Source: Bacillota bacterium (GTDB lineage Bacteria; Bacillota; UBA4882; UBA10575). Taken from it: a stretch of DNA of 64,000 nt. Position 1 is the first letter of the stretch. Each line of letters begins with the position of its first letter. Below, piece after piece: positions 27,788 to 36,761 of this stretch. The DNA lies in NCBI GenBank assembly GCA_012727535.1, contig JAAYGU010000104.1:5269-69268 (forward strand), written 5' to 3'. The translations under genes were made by a program, and so were the position numbers. The notes under the pieces are model-generated. The model was not told the DNA's origin, ran no database searches, and was given only the letters and a program-made list of their open reading frames with translations.

Positions 27788-29212
27788 ATGACGACCTGGG
27801 CTATACAAGAGCAAAAAGTTGCCGCGGATGGCAGACGCCTCTATCTAGTCACCGATTCCCAGGGTGGCAAGTACTTATGGGAGCCACTCAATCTGACTCT
27901 CTCTTCGAAAGAACGACTTTTTGTTGAGCTACTGCGAGAGCTTAAATCGCTAATCAATCAACCGATTGACATCAATGGCCAGCTTCAGCTCATCTGTTAC
28001 GAGGGAGTGGATAAGTATCAGGATGAATATTACCTACGGATTGGTTATGCCGAAGAACTCTGGACGAACTGGCCACGCAAGGGAGAGAAGCGCTATGCTT
28101 TACCGGAAGTGGCTACCGCAGCCCTTGGCCTGGTAGAATTCACGCAAACGGTTTTTGACATGGACTGTTCTTTTGCGGGCTTTTTCCCGGGTGATCTGCT
28201 TCCACTAGGGGGAGAAAGCTGGGGACTGCTGGATCCACGGGTACAAAAGCTGTTAGCACCGTATCGTGACGGTGAAGCAATTCGAGAATATTACTTGCCT
28301 CCGGAAGTGATCGCTGGAGCTGAATGGACGAAGAAGTCGTATCTGTATACGGTAGGGCTGACTTTATATACCTTAGCTACAGGGGTTTTTCCCTTTCCTT
28401 TAACTAACCGACGGGAGACCGTGACGGCAATTTTAAAAGAAGAACCGTTAGACCCCAGGTATTGTCGGGAAGAGATCGGAGAAGAATTTGCCGGCTTAAT
28501 TTTAAAACTGATGAAAAAGAAAGAGGAAGACCGGCCGGATATTGCTGAGGTGACTAGAGAGCTTGAGCGGATGCGTATGGAGCAAACTTTAGCAGCTGCT
28601 CCGGCAGAAAGGGAAAAAGTAAAAGAGCGGGCGGCCTTGATGCGCCGGAAAGTTGAGCAACGACGGAAACGTTATTGGTGGTGGCAGCGTGGCAAATGGC
28701 CTCTGGCGATAGCAGCAGTGGTTCTGATTTTTGTCATACTGCTTTCTCGGGGTAATTATGAGGAGAAAATTACTCCGGAGACGACACCCAGTGAAGTGGT
28801 TGCGGTCTTTTATCAAGGTTTTGCCGAACTTGATACCATGAAACTAGAAGAACCCCTGATGAAAGGGGTGGGTCAGGAATTTGTTAAAATGGTAAGTTTT
28901 ATGCATGTTACTTCGAAGATGCGCCAGGCGTATGAATTTATTAAAGTACCCTTTCTAGTGCTGGAGGAGTTAAAGATAGAAGAAGACTCGGCCTCCTCAC
29001 CGGAAAAGCCGGTTTTCCATTCGACCTATCGTCTGAAGATGCTGGAGGGACAGAATTATCAGATTCAAGAACGTCGCGACCGGTTGGTCTTAACCCGTTG
29101 GAAAAAGGAATGGCGGATCGCGGAGTTGGAATCTATTGTTTTGGAGGAAGGAATGGAGCCGGTAATGGGGTTTGCGCCCGGGGATGTTCTGGAGGAACCG
29201 ACGAAGCCCTAA
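27788..29212 (+). CDS. Membrane-anchored Ser/Thr-kinase-like protein with degenerate catalytic motifs (probable pseudokinase)
   Basis: The kinase C-lobe is recognisable (LPPEVI, SYLYTVGLTLYTLATG, EDRPDI). There is no Gly-rich loop; HRD is replaced by FAG and DFG by LDP. One TM helix (WPLAIAAVVLIFVILL) precedes an extracytoplasmic tail. Confidence 0.6.
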   Translation: MTTWAIQEQKVAADGRRLYLVTDSQGGKYLWEPLNLTLSSKERLFVELLRELKSLINQPIDINGQLQLICYEGVDKYQDEYYLRIGYAEELWTNWPRKGEKRYALPEVATAALGLVEFTQTVFDMDCSFAGFFPGDLLPLGGESWGLLDPRVQKLLAPYRDGEAIREYYLPPEVIAGAEWTKKSYLYTVGLTLYTLATGVFPFPLTNRRETVTAILKEEPLDPRYCREEIGEEFAGLILKLMKKKEEDRPDIAEVTRELERMRMEQTLAAAPAEREKVKERAALMRRKVEQRRKRYWWWQRGKWPLAIAAVVLIFVILLSRGNYEEKITPETTPSEVVAVFYQGFAELDTMKLEEPLMKGVGQEFVKMVSFMHVTSKMRQAYEFIKVPFLVLEELKIEEDSASSPEKPVFHSTYRLKMLEGQNYQIQERRDRLVLTRWKKEWRIAELESIVLEEGMEPVMGFAPGDVLEEPTKP

Positions 29213-29297
29213 AGAGGAAGCGGGAAAGTCTTGACAGAATAGGACCGGTGGGATAATATTCGAAGTATCAAATACGCATGATTCAAGGGGGATTTAG

Positions 29298-29837
29298 GTG
29301 GAAGCATTAGAAGAAACATTGTTAAGCCCCGAGATGATCGCTGCCCGGGTTCGAGAGTTAGGCGCGGAAATCACAAGGGATTACCAAGGTAAAGAACTGC
29401 TGATCATTGGGATCTTAAAAGGAGCGCTGCCGTTTATGGCTGATTTGATCAGAGAGATAAAGCTCCCGCTCAAATATGATTTGATGGCGGTGTCCAGTTA
29501 TGGAGCTTCGACGAAAACGTCAGGTGCCGTTCAGATCCTCAAAGATATAGAGATGGGGATCGAAGGGGAGCATGTTTTGGTGGTCGAAGATATTATTGAT
29601 ACTGGATTAACCCTCAATTACCTCGTCGGAAATCTACGTTCCCGTAAGCCGGCCAGTCTCAAAGTCTGTACCCTATTAGATAAACCAAGCCGCCGTGAGG
29701 TGGAGATTACTCCGGAATACAACGGGTTTGTTATCCCCGACCGCTTTGTGGTCGGTTATGGGTTGGATTACGCAGAAAGGTACCGTAATTTACCGATGAT
29801 TGGCGTGCTCAAACCGGAAGTATATGAGAACGGTTGA
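29298..29837 (+). CDS. hpt: Hypoxanthine phosphoribosyltransferase
   Basis: PRPP-binding motif [14 protein letters not shown], typical length, GTG start. Confidence 0.92.
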   Translation: MEALEETLLSPEMIAARVRELGAEITRDYQGKELLIIGILKGALPFMADLIREIKLPLKYDLMAVSSYGASTKTSGAVQILKDIEMGIEGEHVLVVEDIIDTGLTLNYLVGNLRSRKPASLKVCTLLDKPSRREVEITPEYNGFVIPDRFVVGYGLDYAERYRNLPMIGVLKPEVYENG

Positions 29838-29909
29838 ACCACGGTATGTTTCCTTTAGAGTTGGGTAAAATATTTTTGAACCAGCCCTAGCTCTGAAGGA
29901 GGTTTACTG

Positions 29910-30248
29910 ATGCCAAAAAGAAAACTGCAAGAGGTCGCTGACGGGATCTTTATGGAACCAGTGCCGATTACCGCCGGTGAAGAAGTGAAATTGAAATATA
30001 AAGGTCCCTTGGCCCAGTCCGGCACCCAGGCGCTTTATCTACGGACTGGTTATGGTTCGGGCGACTGGGAAGGGGTTCAGGATATTAAGATGCGTAAAGC
30101 CCGGGATGGGAGTTGGGCGGCTTCTTTAGTAGTTGATGATGCGAGCCGTTTGAATTTCTGTTTTCATGATGGTGCCGACAACTGGGACAACAATAACGGT
30201 TTCAACTGGAGTTATGAAATACATGACGGTTCCTTGGATGGACATTGA
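29910..30248 (+). CDS. Stand-alone CBM25/CBM53-like starch-binding module protein
   Basis: LNFCFHDGADNWDNNNGFNWSY resembles the W-DNN-G-NY signature of starch-binding modules. Confidence 0.45.
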   Translation: MPKRKLQEVADGIFMEPVPITAGEEVKLKYKGPLAQSGTQALYLRTGYGSGDWEGVQDIKMRKARDGSWAASLVVDDASRLNFCFHDGADNWDNNNGFNWSYEIHDGSLDGH

Positions 30249-30321
30249 TCGAGATGCGCTGTAACCATAAAAATGAATCCGTGCTGCTTTTGGGTAAAAG
30301 ATAACTATAACAAAAGACGAT

Positions 30322-30349
30322 AAGGCCTGGTTAAGGCCTTTTCTTTTTT
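30322..30349 (+). terminator. Rho-independent terminator
   Basis: AAGGCC (30322-30327) pairs with GGCCTT (30335-30340), followed by a T-rich run. Confidence 0.65.
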
Positions 30350-30443
30350 AGCTGGCGAAATTTGTCAAATAGCTGGAAAGTTGAGGCAGGAATTTAATTT
30401 AACCCGTAGAAGTAAAATTTATCATCTCATCGGGAGGAGGGGG

Positions 30444-30806
30444 ATGATGGCCAGAATTCTGGTTATTGACGATTCCCCGCTCTTCAGGTTGTTATTGACC
30501 GAGATTTTGACCAAGAATGGAAATGAGTGTTACGATGCTTCAACGAACAGTGAAGGAATGGAAATCTTCTTACAAGAGCCTCTAGATCTGGTAATTAAAG
30601 ATTTAATTATGGAAGATGCGGACCCGATCGAAGTGATTAAACAACTAAAAAGGCAAAAACCTGAGGTTAAAATCGTCATTTGTAGTACTGCTACCCAAAA
30701 AAGCTTGATTTATCAGGCGATCAGAGCTGGTGCTCAAGATTTCCTTTTAAAACCGTTTAATACAGAGGAAGTGATCAAAACCGTCAACCGGCTATTAGCC
30801 AATTAA
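30444..30806 (+). CDS. Single-domain CheY-like response regulator
   Basis: Receiver-domain residues are present: VIDDS, the acceptor Asp in VIKDLIM, a conserved Thr, and LLKPF. ATG 30444 follows GGGAGGAGGGGG. Confidence 0.85.
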   Translation: MMARILVIDDSPLFRLLLTEILTKNGNECYDASTNSEGMEIFLQEPLDLVIKDLIMEDADPIEVIKQLKRQKPEVKIVICSTATQKSLIYQAIRAGAQDFLLKPFNTEEVIKTVNRLLAN

Positions 30807-30923
30807 CTCCCAGATATTATCTGGAGGAAACATGATAATTCTCCCGAAATTACTTATAAACGGAAGCTATTGAGAGTAAATACAGCACAGGTTATAATTA
30901 ACATCACAGCAACTAAAGGAGCA

Positions 30924-31610
30924 ATGAACATGGTAAAGAAAGATCCAAAGTGTATAATCGTGTTATTGATTCTTATCCAAACTGTCGCGATTTTTTCTTT
31001 ACAGACGCAGGCGAAGGGGGAGGTAGCGGCTGCTTTTGCCAGCCCCGAATTTTCTGGTTATTTTTCGCTGATTGATGCGAACCAAAATATGGTCCCCGAT
31101 CACTTAGGATTTACCCTCAACTTACCAGCGGAGTATTCCGGCGAAGTACTGTGGGTCTGTGGGGAACTACAAGCGATGATAAATAATCAATGGCAGACGA
31201 TTGATTACACTGCCCGGAATTATCCAGGCTCGAACGGAGGGGAGCCAACTTTAGTTTTTTACGGAGGAGAACTGAAAAGACTAAAGGTCAGTGGTCCTTT
31301 CCGTATTATCGTCCAGATTAAAGGGGTCAGTATCGATCTTTCTGGATTGGGCGGTTTTTCTCCTGCTTACCGGCACGAAGAGTTTGAAGTCTCCGATCTT
31401 GTCCTGTCTAATCAGGGAGCCTTTTCGACGGCGTTTGTCCAAAATCAAATCTACCAGTGGGCGGCGCAACAAGGGATCAGGCTTGGTCCGCTGGGTTCGG
31501 TTACTTTTTCCTTTGACCGTTGGCGTTTTGACTTTACCGGGGAGGCACAGGTTTCCCCCAAAAGAGTCTGGTATGCGCCGGACGGTCGGATTGACTGGGT
31601 TGAACATTAA
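30924..31610 (+). CDS. Secreted hypothetical protein
   Basis: Signal peptide (CIIVLLILIQTVAIFSLQTQA). I recognise no family. Confidence 0.4.
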   Translation: MNMVKKDPKCIIVLLILIQTVAIFSLQTQAKGEVAAAFASPEFSGYFSLIDANQNMVPDHLGFTLNLPAEYSGEVLWVCGELQAMINNQWQTIDYTARNYPGSNGGEPTLVFYGGELKRLKVSGPFRIIVQIKGVSIDLSGLGGFSPAYRHEEFEVSDLVLSNQGAFSTAFVQNQIYQWAAQQGIRLGPLGSVTFSFDRWRFDFTGEAQVSPKRVWYAPDGRIDWVEH

Positions 31611-31745
31611 TTAACGAAGTAGATTAATCAAAAGCTACTCTCAATAGATTCCGGCGACAAGTTCCGTTTTAGGCTGCATGCTTACGGGCAAATTCTCGCT
31701 AGCGCAGTGTGGATGGTAGGTGTGAGCAGCCAGTCGAGCCCTGAA

Positions 31746-31777
31746 GAAAAAAGATCCGTTTACCGGATCTTTTTTTG
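31746..31777. terminator. Bidirectional-looking terminator (A-run, hairpin, T-run)
   Basis: AAAAAAGATCCG, loop, CGGATCTTTTTTT. Confidence 0.7.
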
Positions 31778-31864
31778 TGAGTGAGGGAGTACGGTTGTGG
31801 AAGCAGACTACATATGAGATAATTTGGACAAGTAGACTAAGTGTAACCAGGGAGGAGGTATTTG

Positions 31865-33193
31865 ATGGATCTGTTTAGTTCCGCCGGTCAAGAGCAGAGG
31901 AAGAAAGAAGCGCCACTCGCTACCCGGATGCGACCGGAGAGTTTTGAAGAATTTGTTGGCCAGCAGGAGATTATTGGCCCTAACCGACTCTTGCGGCGGG
32001 CGATTGAAGCCGACCGGTTAACTTCGATGGTTTTCTTTGGACCGCCGGGGACGGGCAAAACCACCCTGGCCTTTCTGATTGCTAAGTATACTAAAGCTCA
32101 CTTTGAGATCTTAAACGCGGTCTCCGCCGGAGTGAGCGAGGTGAGAAAGGTGATTAAAGAAGCGCAAGAACGCCAGGCGCTTTATCAACAAAAAACTGTG
32201 GTCTTTATTGATGAAATTCATCGTTTTAATAAAGGACAACAGGATGCCCTCTTGCCGGCATTGGAAGACGGGACGATTATCTTAATTGGGGCGACAACCG
32301 AAAATCCCTACTACGAAGTGAATGCGCCGCTGCTTTCCCGTTCTCGCGTTTTTCGGTTATTACCTTTGGCGGCGGAGGAGATTGAAGTGTTGATTAAGAG
32401 GGCGCTGACTGACCGGGAAAGAGGATTAGGCGATTACCACGCGGTGTTAACTCCGGAAGCCATGGAACATTTAATTAGGGTGGCGGAAGGGGATGCCCGG
32501 ATTGCACTGAACGGGTTGGAACTGGCGGTTTTAACCACGGAACCAGCGGCCGACGGTAAAAGACACATTACAGAAGAGATTATTGCCGATTCGGTCCAAC
32601 AACGGGTCCTCCGCTACGATAAAAGCGGGGAAAATCACTATGACACTATTTCGGCCTTTATTAAATCGATTCGCGGTTCGGCACCGGATGCTGCCCTTTT
32701 TTATTTGGCTAAAATGTTGAAAGCCGGGGAGGATCCGAAATTCATTGCCCGCCGGATGATTGTACATGCCGCGGAAGACATCGGGAACGCGGATCCGCAT
32801 GCTTTGCTGATCGCAGTGGCAGCAGCGCATGCTCTGGAAATGGTCGGTTTACCGGCTGCCAAGATTCCCATGGCACAGGCGGTTATTTATCTGGCAACTG
32901 CTCCGAAGTCGAATTCGGTTACCAAGGCCATTAATCTCGCCATGACTGATGTGGAGGAGATCGGCCAGGGGAGTGTCCCCCTTTACTTACGGGATGCCAG
33001 CCATCCAGGTTCGCAACAGATGGGTTACGGAAAGGGCTACCTCTACCCGCATGATTTCCCCGGACATTATGTCAAACAGGAGTACATGCCGGCTGAGCTG
33101 CGGGGGAGACAATATTATTTCCCAAGTGACCAGGGGTACGAGAAAGAACTGAAAACACGCTTAGAAAAGTGGAAATCAGCAAATACTGAATAG
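31865..33193 (+). CDS. rarA: Replication-associated recombination protein A (MgsA/RarA AAA+ ATPase)
   Basis: PLATRMRPESFEEFVGQ, Walker [10 protein letters not shown], and a C-terminal MgsA domain. Confidence 0.92.
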   Translation: MDLFSSAGQEQRKKEAPLATRMRPESFEEFVGQQEIIGPNRLLRRAIEADRLTSMVFFGPPGTGKTTLAFLIAKYTKAHFEILNAVSAGVSEVRKVIKEAQERQALYQQKTVVFIDEIHRFNKGQQDALLPALEDGTIILIGATTENPYYEVNAPLLSRSRVFRLLPLAAEEIEVLIKRALTDRERGLGDYHAVLTPEAMEHLIRVAEGDARIALNGLELAVLTTEPAADGKRHITEEIIADSVQQRVLRYDKSGENHYDTISAFIKSIRGSAPDAALFYLAKMLKAGEDPKFIARRMIVHAAEDIGNADPHALLIAVAAAHALEMVGLPAAKIPMAQAVIYLATAPKSNSVTKAINLAMTDVEEIGQGSVPLYLRDASHPGSQQMGYGKGYLYPHDFPGHYVKQEYMPAELRGRQYYFPSDQGYEKELKTRLEKWKSANTE

Positions 33194-33245
33194 GCCACGA
33201 TCATGATTTTCCAGTAGAAAAAATTAAAAATCGGCAATAAACTGC

Positions 33246-33275
33246 TTGACAAAGGCCACTTTAATTTGTTATAAT
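33246..33275 (+). promoter_or_regulatory. Sigma-A type promoter P1 upstream of veg
   Basis: TTGACA (33246-33251), an 18-nt spacer containing TGT, then TATAAT (33270-33275). Confidence 0.65.
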
Positions 33276-33283
33276 TTTCTTTC

Positions 33284-33313
33284 TTGACAAAAATGGACAA
33301 TCCGTGCTATAAT
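33284..33313 (+). promoter_or_regulatory. Sigma-A type promoter P2 upstream of veg
   Basis: TTGACA (33284-33289), an 18-nt spacer containing TGC, then TATAAT (33308-33313). Confidence 0.65.
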
Positions 33314-33348
33314 CCTTTTAGGGTTGAAAAGAAGGATGGTGAACAGGT

Positions 33349-33621
33349 TTGTCCAGACAACAAGAGCCGAATATCTTGGAGAAAATTAAGAAGGACATGG
33401 ACAGCTTTGTTGGCCAGGAGGTCAGTTTAAAAGCTAATACCGGTCGAAAAAAAGTGTTTGAGGTTAATGGGATTTTAGAACAGACTTATCCGAATATCTT
33501 TGTCGTTAAATTCCAAGAACGTCAGGTAGAACGGAGAGTCTCATATACCTACGCTGACTTATTAACGGAGGTTGTTGAAGTCTCAATCGGGGATACCCGC
33601 ATTGGGGTGCAAACAAACTAA
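33349..33621 (+). CDS. veg: Veg protein
   Basis: Veg-family sequence (LKANTGRKKVFEVNGILEQTYPNIFVVKF ... RRVSYTYADLLT). Confidence 0.9.
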   Translation: MSRQQEPNILEKIKKDMDSFVGQEVSLKANTGRKKVFEVNGILEQTYPNIFVVKFQERQVERRVSYTYADLLTEVVEVSIGDTRIGVQTN

Positions 33622-33627
33622 CGAGGC

Positions 33628-33655
33628 AAACCCGTCGTGGACGGGTTTTATTTTT
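33628..33655 (+). terminator. veg terminator
   Basis: AAACCCGTC, loop GTG, GACGGGTTT, followed by TATTTTT. Confidence 0.85.
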
Positions 33656-33699
33656 GCCCTTTTTGAAGCAGTTTGGGCTAAGCTTAATATTTTCGGGTC

Positions 33700-33835
33700 A
33701 GGGAAGTGCTCGGCGGGAGATTGTTGTGGTGCGCTAACAGGAAGTGGCGCCGCTCATGTCGAAATAGGAACCGGAATCCGGGGGCACCGGGCCTGTGATG
33801 CTTCGTCCTGTGGACAAGGTGCGGGCTCTTTTTTG
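33700..33835 (+). repeat. Diverged, shortened relative of the recurrent element, upstream of spoIID
   Basis: Shares ordered blocks with the core: GTGCTCG, ATTGTTGTGGTGCGCT (versus ATTATCTGCGCT), CGCCGCTCATGTCGAAATAGG (versus CGCCGCGAGTCGAATCTGG), TCCGG and GCACCGGGC. Confidence 0.3.
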
Positions 33836-33887
33836 AGAAAACGGTTCTGCTTGGACTCCGAAAAAGGTGGCGGAAACGAGGGTTAAC

Positions 33888-35219
33888 ATGCCGAGGGAAT
33901 TATTGGCGACGACCGTTTTACTTTTAGTTTTAATCCTTGGTTTAGCGGAATGGGCGGTGGCAGCTGAACCTGAGCTTGAGGTGAAGCTCACTTTTGCGCC
34001 TCCCTTCTCTTTGGCGTGTTCCGGAAATGTTCAGCTCTTTTTTCTGCCGGAGAGTAAGTTAGCGCAGAAACCTTACCTGCCACCGGAAGCCTGGTTATTG
34101 CTTGAGGAAGGTGCACTTCTTCAGGGAACAACCTGGGAGATCTCCTTGGAACAGGGGGAGATTGTTTTCCGGGCGGCCGGAAGGGAAGGGGAAGCGTTCA
34201 GATCCAAACTACCCTTGCTGTTACGCGGTGCGAAAGGTTCAGAGATTAAACTGAACGGCCGGTTGTATTCCGGTACGATTCAGTTCTGGCCGGGGGAGCA
34301 GTTGTCCGTCTTCAATCGGCTGGGTTTAGAGGATTATGTCGCCGGGGTGTTGAGCAGTGAAGCATACGCTAGTTGGCCGCTGGAAGCTTTAAAGGCTAAT
34401 GCCGTGGCGATTAGAACATACACGCTTTATAGTCTTGGTAAACACGAAATTTTCGACCTTTGTGATCAAGTGCATTGTCAAGTCTACCGCGGTCTTCATC
34501 ATTTACCGGTTTTTAAGGAGGCGGTAGCTGCTACTCAGGGCCAGGTCTTGACCTGGAACGGCAAGTTGATCGAGGCGGTATACCATTCCAGTAGCGGGGG
34601 GAGAACAAGGAATAATGATGAAGTATGGGCCAGTCCGCCCCTCCCTTACCTGCGGGCAGTAGAAGATTTTGATCAGGCCGGACGAAATTATTATTGGCCG
34701 CAAGCATATCTTGTTAGCCTGGATGAGTTGGCCAGAGCTTTAGGCTTTTCTGCCGGTCAGCGGATCGAGCTCAGCCCGTTCTTGTCGCCGGCCGGGGATC
34801 GTCTAGGATTTGTTTTTTTCGCGACTAAGCAGCAGGAGAAAAAACGGTTCAGGAATGAAGAATTGCGGCGACTTTTCTCTTTTCCGAGCGCTAACTTTCG
34901 AGTGTTGGTCGTTAAGGAGCAAGCCCTACCGGCGGGGATTAGTACGAGGCGCGGTGTCAATCAGGGAGCTGCGGTACTTAATAACCAAGAGAACCGTTTA
35001 CAGCTGGCCCGGACGGTGCAGGGGGTAGGGAGACTGGTTACCGGAACTGTTACGCTTGAACCGGGAGAAAGTTTGCTGTTTTTCGGGAACGGCTCCGGTC
35101 ACGGTGTGGGGCTCAGCCAGTGGGGAGCGGTCGCACTGGCCGAACGGGACTATAGTTACCAGGAGATTCTCCGGCATTATTACGGGGATGAGGTGCGGTT
35201 CGCCTCTTTGGGGGAGTGA
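33888..35219 (+). CDS. spoIID: Stage II sporulation protein D (lytic transglycosylase)
   Basis: SpoIID-domain motifs: LEDYVAGVL, ALKANAVAIRTY, YHSSSGGRT, GHGVGLSQWGA. Confidence 0.9.
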   Translation: MPRELLATTVLLLVLILGLAEWAVAAEPELEVKLTFAPPFSLACSGNVQLFFLPESKLAQKPYLPPEAWLLLEEGALLQGTTWEISLEQGEIVFRAAGREGEAFRSKLPLLLRGAKGSEIKLNGRLYSGTIQFWPGEQLSVFNRLGLEDYVAGVLSSEAYASWPLEALKANAVAIRTYTLYSLGKHEIFDLCDQVHCQVYRGLHHLPVFKEAVAATQGQVLTWNGKLIEAVYHSSSGGRTRNNDEVWASPPLPYLRAVEDFDQAGRNYYWPQAYLVSLDELARALGFSAGQRIELSPFLSPAGDRLGFVFFATKQQEKKRFRNEELRRLFSFPSANFRVLVVKEQALPAGISTRRGVNQGAAVLNNQENRLQLARTVQGVGRLVTGTVTLEPGESLLFFGNGSGHGVGLSQWGAVALAERDYSYQEILRHYYGDEVRFASLGE

Positions 35220-35269
35220 GGAAGCCCCCTTCTTTCTTCCTTTCGCCGAGCGTAAATTTTAACAACGCT

Positions 35270-36295
35270 CTAGATAAAATACTGAATCTCGGCTTGCGGA
35301 AAGAATTGCGGGATTTCACTGGTAAAGAAGTCTTTGAGGTTTGCCAGTTTCTCCGGGGGATAAAGATACTTGCCGTAACCGTATTTTCCCCATTTATACT
35401 TGCGGGCGCTCTCGTCCATCTCTAGCTTCGTATGGGGGAAACGCTCGAGGATGATTTTTTTGGCCCGGGCGGTGAACCGGTGGGAAATCAGCTCGAAACT
35501 AAATTGCTGACCGGCGTCAGGACCTAAATGCCGGGCGAGTTTCTCAAGTAAGTGGCGATAGTCAGTGCGCCAGTTCTGGTAGATAAATAACGGGGCAATG
35601 ATAAAGCCAAACGGGTATCTGGCGCGGGCGATTTTGCCAGCGGCAGTGAGCCGCTCCTCAAGAGAGGCTGTATTGGCTTCAAAGGTTTTAATTATATAGT
35701 CGGAGTTGATGCTAAAACGGAATCTGGTATGTGCTTGATGATCTGCCGAGAGTAGACTGTCCACATTTGCAAATTTGGTTACGAGCCGGAGTCGTCCGTG
35801 CTCTTGAGCGCCGAAAAATTCGATGGTCTTCCGTAAGGAGCCGGTGAGATGCTCAACGGCCAGCGGGTCGGAAGTGCTGGCCACTTCGAAACTGGTGATG
35901 TTGGGGCGGTTTTCCTTAATCTTTCGCCGGACAGCATCAAGGATCTCATCAACATTAACGTAGACGCGGACATAGGGTTTACGTCCAAGGGTGGTGGCTA
36001 GGTAGCAGTACTGGCAGCCTCCCGGACAACTGGTGCCGAGGATGAATTCAAAATCGGCTGAGGAACGGCAGGGGTCAAGGGTCAGTGATTTTTTAACGCC
36101 TACGACCAGGGTTCGCTTGGCTTCACGGTAGGCGATCTGTGGAGTGTCACCGGGAATGCCGAGGACGCGGTTGTGGGAGGGTGTGATCTTAATCGGGATC
36201 TGGCGGGCGGTCATTTCATCGTAAAGTTGTTGTCCCAGTGGGTAGTTGAGGGCGCCGGGTTCGAAGAAAGCGCGGGTTGGAATAAAAAGCTTCAT
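35270..36295 (-). CDS. splB: Spore photoproduct lyase (radical SAM)
   Basis: CxxxCxxC cluster CPGGCQYC and a family-typical N-terminus MKLFIPTRAFFEPGALNYPLGQ. The internal Met at 36295 is preferred over the ORF-track start at 36316. Confidence 0.88.
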   Translation of the reverse strand: MKLFIPTRAFFEPGALNYPLGQQLYDEMTARQIPIKITPSHNRVLGIPGDTPQIAYREAKRTLVVGVKKSLTLDPCRSSADFEFILGTSCPGGCQYCYLATTLGRKPYVRVYVNVDEILDAVRRKIKENRPNITSFEVASTSDPLAVEHLTGSLRKTIEFFGAQEHGRLRLVTKFANVDSLLSADHQAHTRFRFSINSDYIIKTFEANTASLEERLTAAGKIARARYPFGFIIAPLFIYQNWRTDYRHLLEKLARHLGPDAGQQFSFELISHRFTARAKKIILERFPHTKLEMDESARKYKWGKYGYGKYLYPPEKLANLKDFFTSEIPQFFPQAEIQYFI

Positions 36296-36423
36296 TTTTC
36301 CATATCCTTTCTGCAAATGGGTTTTTGGGAGTAGTGGATTGTTAGGTGGGTATAGTTGCTCATGACTAGTCTGTGCCCCAAGGGAGCGTAACTTAAGAGG
36401 GAGTTTTTGTCGGTGGAGGCGAG

Positions 36424-36556
36424 GGGTGGCTCTACTTGCTTTTCCCGCCGCGGGTCGAATCTGGACGTGAAGTTGCCGACTATCCGGTTAGGGGGTACTC
36501 CCCGGCACGTTGGGGTAATGGCACCGGGCTAAGGTATGGCGTTGGCTAAAGAGCGC
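36424..36556 (+). repeat. Copy D: 3' half of the recurrent element
   Basis: GGCTCTACTTGCTTTTCCCGCCGCGGGTCGAATCTGG ... TTGCCGACTATCCGG ... hairpin with GGGGTAAT loop ... GGTATGGCGTTGGCTAAAGAG aligns with the 3' halves of copies B and C. The 5' arm and the GCGGTGCTCGATAT block are absent. Confidence 0.65.
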
Positions 36557-36644
36557 GAGGGTTTTCTTTAGTTTGAAAGATTCTGCTAGTATTTGGCTGG
36601 ATTCATAAAGCATTTTAACAAGCTGTAACTTAAGGCGGGACTGA

Positions 36645-36755
36645 ACGGGAGTGACGAAGGATGAGACGGGTAGGCCTGCTTGCAGCACGAGTGAGAGTGA
36701 AGGTGGCGATCAAAGGTTTGCTGGAGTGTGAATGACCAGCGACGAGAAAGGAGAG
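36645..36755 (+). promoter_or_regulatory. Purine-rich GAR leader module upstream of murB
   Basis: GAGTGACGAAGGATGAGACGG, CACGAGTGAGAGTGAAGG and GTGTGAATGACCAGCGACGAGAAAGGAGAG. The last contains the murB SD. Confidence 0.4.
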
Positions 36756-36761
36756 CTTTGG

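Noticed and set aside
31640-31745. A possible minus-strand remnant of the element (GGCTCGAC ... CACTGCGCT ... AGCGAGAATTT ... GTCGCCGGAAT).
   Set aside because: Only short words match, the spacing differs greatly and no arms pair. It is too weak to call by eye.
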